The position numbers and the translations under genes were made by a program. The notes beneath the pieces are model-generated. The model did no database searches. It was not told the origin of the DNA and saw only the letters and a program-made list of their open reading frames with translations. Below, one piece after another: positions 18,610 to 26,224 of a stretch of DNA of 64,000 nucleotides (position 1 is its first letter; each line of letters begins with the position of its first letter). This DNA comes from Pseudobutyrivibrio sp. (GTDB lineage: Bacteria > Bacillota > Clostridia > Lachnospirales > Lachnospiraceae): contig NZ_SVEV01000009.1 of NCBI RefSeq assembly GCF_015057185.1, positions 19,672-83,671 on the forward strand, read 5' to 3'.

Positions 18610-19816
18610 TATCGAAGATGAAATTAGAGCTCAAGTAATGGACGAAATCGATTTATCCTACGATGTGTCAGATGAAGAAATTCATAAACTAATAAAAGAA
18701 AAAATAATTTTAAAAGCTAGACAATATCCCATTTCACTCAAGAAGAGGCAGCAGATAGAAAGCCATGTTTTTAACTCCTTAAGAAAATTAGATGTACTAG
18801 AGGATTTGCTGAATGATGAGGATATTACTGAAATTATGATCAACGGACCGGACCATATTTTTATTGAAAAGGCCGGTAGAGTCATACACTCAAAGGAGAA
18901 ATTTTCTTCTGAAGAAAAGCTGAATGACATAATACAAAACATAGTTGCAAACAGCAACAAAATCGTAAACGAGTCAAATCCAATAGTGGACACGAGGCTA
19001 AAGGATGGCTCGAGAGTAAATATTGTTTTAAAGCCTGCAGCAGTAGACTATAGCATTATTTCTATCAGAAAGTTTCCGAAGGAACAGATGACTATGTCGA
19101 AGCTGGAGCAATATGGATCTATTTCAAAGGAGCAGATTCAGTTTTTACAAAAGATGGTAAAGGCTGGATACAACATATTTGTATCTGGTGGAACCGGTAG
19201 TGGCAAAACATCCTTTTTGAATGCTTTGGGAGAGTTTATTCCAGAGGACGAACGAGTAATAACCATAGAAGATTCTGCAGAGCTCCAGTTGAAGAAGGTG
19301 GAAAACCTAGTCCGACTAGAAGCTAGAAATGCGAATCTAGAAGGTAAAAACGAAATCAGCATTAGGGATTTATTGAAATCAAGCCTTAGAATGCGACCTA
19401 ATAGAATCATAGTTGGTGAGTGTAGAGGTGCAGAAGCGCTGGAAATGCTTCAAGCTTTTAACACAGGTCACGACGGGAGTTGCTCGACGGGCCACAGCAA
19501 TTCATGTAAGGATATGCTGTCACGTCTTGAGACCATGGTGCTTATGGGGGCGGAAATTCCGTTGCCGGCCATAAGGCAGCAGATAGCCTCAGGAATAGAT
19601 ATTATAGTTCAACTTGGAAGGCTTCGTGACAAAAGCAGAAAGCTGCTTGAAATAGCCGAAGTTGAAGGAATTGAAAACAATGAAATAAAGCTAAATACCC
19701 TTTACAAGTTTAAAGAACAGGGCGAAAAAGAAGGGAGGATAATTGGCGGATGGGAAAAAGTAGGAAAGCTGATTCACACCGACAAGCTGTACGCAAGCGG
19801 TCTCTCCCTAGATTAG
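18572..19816 (+). CDS. CpaF/TadA-family pilus assembly ATPase
   Basis: 414 aa. Walker A GGTGSGKTS, Asp box, Walker B IIVGECRG and a His box. The start may be a downstream ATG (18578 or 18638). Confidence 0.92.
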   Translation: MKMENVSIKCADNIEDEIRAQVMDEIDLSYDVSDEEIHKLIKEKIILKARQYPISLKKRQQIESHVFNSLRKLDVLEDLLNDEDITEIMINGPDHIFIEKAGRVIHSKEKFSSEEKLNDIIQNIVANSNKIVNESNPIVDTRLKDGSRVNIVLKPAAVDYSIISIRKFPKEQMTMSKLEQYGSISKEQIQFLQKMVKAGYNIFVSGGTGSGKTSFLNALGEFIPEDERVITIEDSAELQLKKVENLVRLEARNANLEGKNEISIRDLLKSSLRMRPNRIIVGECRGAEALEMLQAFNTGHDGSCSTGHSNSCKDMLSRLETMVLMGAEIPLPAIRQQIASGIDIIVQLGRLRDKSRKLLEIAEVEGIENNEIKLNTLYKFKEQGEKEGRIIGGWEKVGKLIHTDKLYASGLSLD

Positions 19817-20526
19817 CGAAAGCAAATTTAAAGGATTTTGGACAGGCAGTAGCACTGAGCGGAATCATTGCCTATTTGTTTTATAAATCATTGTACGGCT
19901 TATTAATAATGCCGATAATTGTGCCTTTTTGGATGAAACTATGTGCCAAGAAGCATGAAGAAGAGCAGATGGCAAAAACGGCAGTAGAGTTTAAAGAGTA
20001 CATGATGCTTATAGTGACTTCGCTACAGGCAGGGTACTCACTAGAAAAATCTCTTTTGCAGTCCGAAAAGGAGCTGAGTCGACTTTATTCCAAGGATGCA
20101 GTGATTATAGGCCCTGTTCATATAATGAATCAAAAAATAGCAATGAATATCCAGGTTGAAAAGGCATTTGAAGAATTTGCAAATGCTATAGGCCTTGATG
20201 ATGCCATGAGCCTTGCAGAAATTATTGCATTCGCAAAACGAAGCGGTGGTAACTACGGCAAGAATATTCATGATACAGCTATAAAGATAGAAGAGAATTT
20301 AGCAGTCAAAGAAGAGATAGAAACCATAACAACCGAAAAGCGATTAGAGCTAAAGGTTATGTGTGTAATGCCAATGGGAATCTTAGCTTATATTTCTATA
20401 ACTTCAAAAAGCTTTATTGCTCCCTTGTATGGTAATTTGTTAGGAATTTTTGTTATGACAATATGCCTGATTATATACGGAATATTGATTTTGATAGGAA
20501 GAAAGATAATTACCATAAAGGTTTAG
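19750..20526 (+). CDS. TadB-like type II secretion system F-family membrane protein
   Basis: 258 aa with TM-cytoplasmic helical-TM topology and a T2SSF-like segment (SLQAGYSLEKSL). SD GGGAGG lies upstream. Overlaps the end of cpaF by 67 nt. Confidence 0.75.
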   Translation: MGKSRKADSHRQAVRKRSLPRLAKANLKDFGQAVALSGIIAYLFYKSLYGLLIMPIIVPFWMKLCAKKHEEEQMAKTAVEFKEYMMLIVTSLQAGYSLEKSLLQSEKELSRLYSKDAVIIGPVHIMNQKIAMNIQVEKAFEEFANAIGLDDAMSLAEIIAFAKRSGGNYGKNIHDTAIKIEENLAVKEEIETITTEKRLELKVMCVMPMGILAYISITSKSFIAPLYGNLLGIFVMTICLIIYGILILIGRKIITIKV

Positions 20527-20539
20527 AAAGGAATATAGG

Positions 20540-21748
20540 TTGAAGAATATAAAAATCATTCTCATAGCAATAGTAGCGTTGGGAGTTCTCCTGTTGGTTG
20601 TTGATTATAGGGCTACAAAGGTTAATTTTGATGGACGGCTCGAACGAAATGCGGTAGGCGGTTCAGCTAGACGCGAAACATTGAATCTGAGCTTTTTAGA
20701 GGAAAATCAAGAGCTGGAAGTAGAGGTATCCCCTAAGGGTATGTCTGAAAAGGAGATAGAACAGGCCTTTGAGACTGCAGTTGCAGAAATTGATAAAACC
20801 TACCTAGGTGAAAATGTCAGTGCCAATGCAGTAAGTCATAATCTGGTTTTAAAGGATAGCTATGCAAATGGCTTAGTAGAGGCGGAATGGACATTTGATA
20901 AATTCGGATACATTTCCGAAAAGGGAGTAATCAATAAGGATAAGGTCCCAAAGGATGGCCAATTAATAACCCTTACTGCAAATATGTTTTGCCAGGAAGC
21001 TCAGCGAATATACAGCTTTTGTCTAGTGGTTGTACCGCCTGGATTAGATACAACAGAAGGCCAATTAGATGCAATAAAAAATGCTGTGAAAGAAGTGGAT
21101 GAAAGTAGTCAAAAGGAGGATGTGCTGGTTCTCCCTAATCAGGTGGCTGATATGAAGCTTACCTGGAAAAAGAAAATGAATTACCGAGGTCTACAAATTA
21201 TCATACTTGGTTTCATTACTGTTGCAGGGATAACGCTAGGTAAAAAGAAGGATCAGCAAAAGCTAAAGAATCAAATGATTGATGAGATGGATATTGATTA
21301 TCCAATGATTGTAAGTGAGCTCTCCATATTAATGGGAGCAGGTATGAGCTTTAGAAAAGCCTTAGAGCGAATGGTTGTTAAATATAGCAATAGCTTAAAA
21401 AACGGCAAAACTCAGAAGAGACCGGGCTTTGAGCAGATGCTGGTTACCTATAGGCGAATGACAGATGGATTAAGTGAAATCCAAGCCATAGAAGAGCTTG
21501 GAGCAAAATGCGAAAGCAAAAATTATAGAAAGCTGTCAATGTTGCTAAGTCAGAATCTAAGAAAGGGTTCAAAGGATTTGATAGATTGTTTGGAAAAAGA
21601 ACAGCAGAACGCCTTTGAGCTAAGAAAACAAAGGGCAATCAGAGCAGGTGAGGAGGCATCAACAAAGCTGCTGATTCCAATGGCGGGGATGTTGTTTATT
21701 GTAATTGTCATTCTTGTTATACCTGCTGTGCTTCAAATAAATATTTAA
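20540..21748 (+). CDS. TadC-like T2SSF-family membrane protein with extra N-terminal extracytoplasmic domain
   Basis: 402 aa, TTG start. N-terminal TM, a ~200-aa soluble domain, then a T2SSF-like segment (LSILMGAGMSFRKALERM) and a C-terminal TM. Confidence 0.7.
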   Translation: MKNIKIILIAIVALGVLLLVVDYRATKVNFDGRLERNAVGGSARRETLNLSFLEENQELEVEVSPKGMSEKEIEQAFETAVAEIDKTYLGENVSANAVSHNLVLKDSYANGLVEAEWTFDKFGYISEKGVINKDKVPKDGQLITLTANMFCQEAQRIYSFCLVVVPPGLDTTEGQLDAIKNAVKEVDESSQKEDVLVLPNQVADMKLTWKKKMNYRGLQIIILGFITVAGITLGKKKDQQKLKNQMIDEMDIDYPMIVSELSILMGAGMSFRKALERMVVKYSNSLKNGKTQKRPGFEQMLVTYRRMTDGLSEIQAIEELGAKCESKNYRKLSMLLSQNLRKGSKDLIDCLEKEQQNAFELRKQRAIRAGEEASTKLLIPMAGMLFIVIVILVIPAVLQINI

Positions 21749-21764
21749 AAGAGAGGAAAGAAAC

Positions 21765-21944
21765 ATGTATTTAATAAAGAATAAGATAAAGAAATTTCTA
21801 ATTGAAGAAGATGGAATTGGTACCGTTGAGATGATACTTATCCTGGTTGTTCTCATTGGACTTGTTATCATCTTCAAAACACAGTTAACAGAGCTTGTTA
21901 ACAGCATATTTGAGAAAATCAATAGTCAAGCTGGTAGAGTGTAG
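21765..21944 (+). CDS. flp: Flp-type (type IVc) prepilin, 59 aa (not in supplied ORF track)
   Basis: MYLIKNKIKKFLIEEDG|IGTVEMILILVVLIGLVIIFKTQ... A Gly is followed by xxxxE (Glu at +5), then a hydrophobic helix. SD GAGAGGAAAG lies upstream. The TAG stop overlaps the next GTG start. Confidence 0.8.
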   Translation: MYLIKNKIKKFLIEEDGIGTVEMILILVVLIGLVIIFKTQLTELVNSIFEKINSQAGRV

Positions 21945-23431
21945 TGCTTAAAGGTTCGTTAACGGTATTTTTGTCTTTAATCATGGTGTCAGTAATGACC
22001 CTGATATTTGCTATGTCTGAATTGGTTCGTTTGGTTTCAATAGACCAGCTGGCCCAGGAATATACAGACATGGCAGTGGAGAGTGCGTTTTCAGAATACA
22101 ATCCCTACCTTTGGACAAACTACAGGATATTGGCAATAGATTTAGGATACGGGACAGAAAATGTAGGTCCTGAAATGTTTGAAACTAAAATTGCTGATTA
22201 CTGTCAGGTGAATTCAGATGTGGAAGAAGGAAATAACTATGGTCGTCTACCTGTGGCCAGTTGTCAGGCTTTGAAATATGGTTTGCTAACAGATAAAAGC
22301 GGCCAGCCAGTAGTAGAGCTTGGCGTAAAGGCTGCGGGGGAAGGCTTGGCAGCCCAGATAATTGATGGAGTCCAAGGCAATATTGATGAAATAAATGGAG
22401 TTGAAAAAGTAGAGGTTGAGGAGCAGGCAAGCTCTGGAAATAAAGAATTAGAGAATGCCAAGGCTGCTAATGCGGAAGCAAAAAGAAGAGCAGCTGAAGA
22501 CCACAACCCGCAAACGAATCCATCTGATTATCCTGACCCAGGCAGTGTGGAGGACGACCCATTTGATGCATTTGATGTTTTAAAGGAATCCGCATCCACA
22601 GGCTTGCTATCAATGGTGGTAGCAACAGATAAAGTGTCAAACCTAGAAATCGATGTAGATAACATGCCAAGTGCCAGACAGTTAAATGTAGGCAATCTAG
22701 AAATAGAAGCTGATACAGGGATGATTGATAAAGCATTGTTTATTGACTATTTAATGACGAATTACAGTAGCTATAACAATAGCTTGAAGCATGATGGCAT
22801 CCAGTATGAGGTGGAATATTTAATAGCTGGAGCCCAGTCAGATACACAAAATCTTGCGGCGGTGGTGGGAGAGATTCTGCTGCTTAGAGAAGCTGCAAAT
22901 TTTGCCACCATAATGAACAATACCCATCTAAATCTTCAAGCTGAAGCAGTAGCTGATACCCTCGCAGGATTTACCATGAATCCCGCTATTATTAAGGCGG
23001 TGAAGTTAGGTTTAATAGCTGCATGGGCATATGCAGAAAGCATACTTGATTTACGATTGTTACTCTCTGGCGGTAAGGTGCCTATAGTCAAAAATTTAGA
23101 TCAATGGACATCAGACATTTACCATTTGTCCCAGATAGCAAATTTAAATACAAAAGCGAAGGATTGCAGCAGCGGAATGAGCTATGACGCATATCTTATG
23201 GCTTTTCTAGCGCTAAATTCAAACGAAACACTTGGAATGAGAGCACTGGACGTTATGGAAAATGCATTGGCACAAACAGAGGATTACAAAACTGTAAAGA
23301 TGGACAATATGCTTTATGCTGCAGAAATAGAATTAAGCTTTGCTCCAGAAGAAATGTTTTTGTCACTACTGGACAGCAGTAGAGGAGCAGAAGGTTACAG
23401 CATAGCAAAAAGAAAATTCCTGACATATTAA
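21944..23431 (+). CDS. Membrane-anchored Tad-locus protein of unknown function
   Basis: 495 aa, GTG start. N-terminal pilin-like hydrophobic segment (KGSLTVFLSLIMVSVMTLIF), then a large soluble domain with an acidic low-complexity stretch. Confidence 0.65.
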   Translation: MLKGSLTVFLSLIMVSVMTLIFAMSELVRLVSIDQLAQEYTDMAVESAFSEYNPYLWTNYRILAIDLGYGTENVGPEMFETKIADYCQVNSDVEEGNNYGRLPVASCQALKYGLLTDKSGQPVVELGVKAAGEGLAAQIIDGVQGNIDEINGVEKVEVEEQASSGNKELENAKAANAEAKRRAAEDHNPQTNPSDYPDPGSVEDDPFDAFDVLKESASTGLLSMVVATDKVSNLEIDVDNMPSARQLNVGNLEIEADTGMIDKALFIDYLMTNYSSYNNSLKHDGIQYEVEYLIAGAQSDTQNLAAVVGEILLLREAANFATIMNNTHLNLQAEAVADTLAGFTMNPAIIKAVKLGLIAAWAYAESILDLRLLLSGGKVPIVKNLDQWTSDIYHLSQIANLNTKAKDCSSGMSYDAYLMAFLALNSNETLGMRALDVMENALAQTEDYKTVKMDNMLYAAEIELSFAPEEMFLSLLDSSRGAEGYSIAKRKFLTY

Positions 23432-23453
23432 AAAGGAGAGGAGGTGTAAAAAG

Positions 23454-24365
23454 GTGTCTCTAACAATCAAAAATTTATTTTTTCCCCATAAATCTAATAC
23501 TAAAAAATATACAACAATCAAATCGCCTATCTGTATACAATCAAAAGAGATGCCTTTTTATGCCTCCTCTAAAAAGGCAAGCTACACAATTGAAGCGGCA
23601 ATCATAATGCCCCTTTTTATAACGATGATGATTTTTGGAGTATTTCTTTTTCGAGTTATACAAGTGCAAACGGGAGTGCAGCAGGCCATAGATATCTCCA
23701 GTAGAACTATGGCAGTGACTCTTGGAAATGTTCTAAACGAGGGTGAGTCAGACAAAGATGTTGAACCATCTGAACAAAATCCTAGCAGCGAAGCGCTTTT
23801 GGTGGCAACGATTGCCATGTCAGAAGCAGAAATATTGGAAAAGTCAGTACCTGCTGAATTTGTAGATGGCGGATATGCTGGTTTTAATTTTCTGGAGAGT
23901 AATGTTGAAGGAAATTATATAGATTTAAAAGTCAATTATACTATGACATTTCCGGTTGGATTGTTGGGAGACTACTCCTTTGAAGTCAGTCAAAGAGCAA
24001 GAAATAGGAAATGGGTAGGTTACGATAAGGCTGAGAATACCGTGGATTCACAATATGTGTACATTACGGATCACGGAGAGGTTTACCACTCAAGCTGTAA
24101 CTGCACCTATTTGAGGCCATCAGTACACCGAAAGCCAATTGAGGAGTTGGCAACTGCTAGAAATATGGGTGGGGCAATTTATTATGAGTGCCAACGATGT
24201 AAAAACACCGTAGCCCACGATTTTGTATTTTTGACAGATTACGGAACTGCATATCATAACGATGCCAATTGTACAGAGATAAAGCACAACATTAAAAAGG
24301 TTTTATACGAAGAGGTCAAGGACACCATGAGGCCCTGCAGCAAATGTGGGAAAGTTTACGAATAG
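23454..24365 (+). CDS. TadE-like pseudopilin fused to a duplicated Cys-rich module
   Basis: 303 aa. GTG start lies 9 nt after SD GGAGAGGAGG. TadE-like motif SYTIEAAIIMPLF. The C-terminus carries two copies of xTDxGxxYHxxxxC...CxxC. Confidence 0.7.
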   Translation: MSLTIKNLFFPHKSNTKKYTTIKSPICIQSKEMPFYASSKKASYTIEAAIIMPLFITMMIFGVFLFRVIQVQTGVQQAIDISSRTMAVTLGNVLNEGESDKDVEPSEQNPSSEALLVATIAMSEAEILEKSVPAEFVDGGYAGFNFLESNVEGNYIDLKVNYTMTFPVGLLGDYSFEVSQRARNRKWVGYDKAENTVDSQYVYITDHGEVYHSSCNCTYLRPSVHRKPIEELATARNMGGAIYYECQRCKNTVAHDFVFLTDYGTAYHNDANCTEIKHNIKKVLYEEVKDTMRPCSKCGKVYE

Positions 24366-24374
24366 GATACTTAA

Positions 24375-24812
24375 ATGAGAGAAATAGGATTAATTTGCCT
24401 GTTTGGCTTTACATCCTTTGATGATATAAAAACCAAACAGGTTAGAGTGTTAGAGCTGATAGTTTTTGGATTGCTTGGAATAATTATTAATTTCATAAGT
24501 CCTTCGATTACCTTAAAAAGCATTGCTGGCGGGGTAGGGATAGGACTAGTACTATTTTTGATTAGTCATATTACGAAGGAAAAAATTGGCAAAGGGGACG
24601 CTATCATCATAGCGATTACTGGCTTATATCTTGGATGGATAAATACGCTGGTTTTGCTGTGGATTAGCTCAATATTTGCATTGATTGCCGGAGTAATAAT
24701 TATTAAAAAATACGGATTAAGGACAGATCATGAGATTCCCTTTATTCCATTTTTAACACTTGGGTATTTATCCATGTATTTAATTCGTTTTATAGGGAGC
24801 GTATTTTTATGA
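24375..24812 (+). CDS. A24-family prepilin peptidase, copy 2 (short)
   Basis: 145 aa polytopic membrane protein with Asp motifs (SFDDIKTKQV; GKGDAIII). Confidence 0.7.
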   Translation: MREIGLICLFGFTSFDDIKTKQVRVLELIVFGLLGIIINFISPSITLKSIAGGVGIGLVLFLISHITKEKIGKGDAIIIAITGLYLGWINTLVLLWISSIFALIAGVIIIKKYGLRTDHEIPFIPFLTLGYLSMYLIRFIGSVFL

Positions 24813-25015
24813 GATTAAAAGCCAGCTACACAGTGGAGGCAGCAGTTATTATTAGCTTTAGTTTTATTGTGTTTGGTATGGCTGTAGGAGTTGTCTATGA
24901 AGTGTTTCAACAGTGTGTATCCTATCCAGCTGAACACGGCAGTTCCTTTGACGCAATCCAATTATTCAGACTAAAAGAAGCTTTAATGGGAGTTATAAAT
25001 GCAGTAAAGGATTAG
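24809..25015 (+). CDS. Small TadE-like pseudopilin
   Basis: 68 aa. MRLKASYTVEAAVIISFSFIVFG motif. ATGA overlap with the upstream gene. Confidence 0.65.
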   Translation: MRLKASYTVEAAVIISFSFIVFGMAVGVVYEVFQQCVSYPAEHGSSFDAIQLFRLKEALMGVINAVKD

Positions 25016-25019
25016 TTAT

Positions 25020-26138
25020 ATGGAAATTAACTATACACGAAAACACAATGATAGTGTTATGTCGATTGTAGGTCAGGTTGATGCAGTAGATTACGAAAAG
25101 AAAATGATAGAGGCAAACAAGATTGGCCTATTACTGGATTTTTCAGTTATGGAAATTAATGGTATGACACATTATAACTACACCATCAGTCGAATGGAAA
25201 ATGTGGAAGACTATTTAGAAGGAATGAACTTTTCGCTAGAAGCCATAGAAAAAATCGTAATCAATTTGCAAATCGCCCTGTCCGAATTAGAAAAATATTT
25301 AATTGATGAAAACCATATTCTTCTAAGAAAAGAAACCCTGTTTTTAGAGAGAGCTAACGGTAGCGTTAGGATTCAGCTATGTTACTATCCAGTAGACAAT
25401 GGCACCATACAGGAACAATTTAGAGGGCTGATGGAATATATTATTACCCATATTGATAGTGGTGACAGAAAAAATGCTGAAAAGATTTTTGGGCTATATG
25501 ACATCTGTGTGAAGGATGATTACACCTTAGAAGAACTTAGGGATTTCATACAAGAAAACAAAGAAGAAGAGCCGGAAATAATTGTAAATAAAATTGAGCT
25601 TGAACCTACAAGCACTCAAAGTACTGAGGATTGGCAGGAGCCAAATAATGATTTTAGCGAAAATCTATATGACTTATATCCTCAGGAAGAAAAGAAAAAT
25701 ATATTCTCGGAATTGTTTGCAAAGGTCAAAGGTTCATTTGGAAAAAATGGCACCCAGTCATTTACAAAATCTTTAAAATTCGAAGATTTTATAGTAGAGC
25801 CATCTGAGGAAATCGAAGAGAAAACAGTCTTGTTAAAAGACGCAGTTCCGGCAGGAAAATTGGTATACGACGGCCAAAGTGATGAGGAGAACTTTATTAT
25901 CACGAAGGACATTTTCAGAATTGGAAGTGGGAAAAATAATGATGCAGTCCTTCATTCTAGAGCAGTTAGTTCAACTCACGCCAAAATATACCGGGAAAAT
26001 GGTAGTTATTTTCTAGAGGATTTAAATTCCTTAAATGGTAGCTTTGTGGGAAGCAACCTTTTGGAGTACAAGAATAGAGTAAAATTAAAAACAATGGATG
26101 TTATCAGATTTGCTGATGTGCAGTTTGTATTTATGTAA
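25020..26138 (+). CDS. FHA domain-containing protein (Tad-locus associated)
   Basis: 372 aa. The C-terminal ~85 aa match the FHA pattern (FRIGSGKNNDAVL...VSSTHAKIYRENGSYFLEDLNSLNGSFV). The N-terminal domain is of unknown function. Confidence 0.8.
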   Translation: MEINYTRKHNDSVMSIVGQVDAVDYEKKMIEANKIGLLLDFSVMEINGMTHYNYTISRMENVEDYLEGMNFSLEAIEKIVINLQIALSELEKYLIDENHILLRKETLFLERANGSVRIQLCYYPVDNGTIQEQFRGLMEYIITHIDSGDRKNAEKIFGLYDICVKDDYTLEELRDFIQENKEEEPEIIVNKIELEPTSTQSTEDWQEPNNDFSENLYDLYPQEEKKNIFSELFAKVKGSFGKNGTQSFTKSLKFEDFIVEPSEEIEEKTVLLKDAVPAGKLVYDGQSDEENFIITKDIFRIGSGKNNDAVLHSRAVSSTHAKIYRENGSYFLEDLNSLNGSFVGSNLLEYKNRVKLKTMDVIRFADVQFVFM

Positions 26139-26224
26139 GCAATTTATTGTTATAATCCCCTATATTTGGTACAATAGTCTAGGTTTCGGGTGTTTGTACC
26201 CAATTATAGTTAGGAGATATATAA

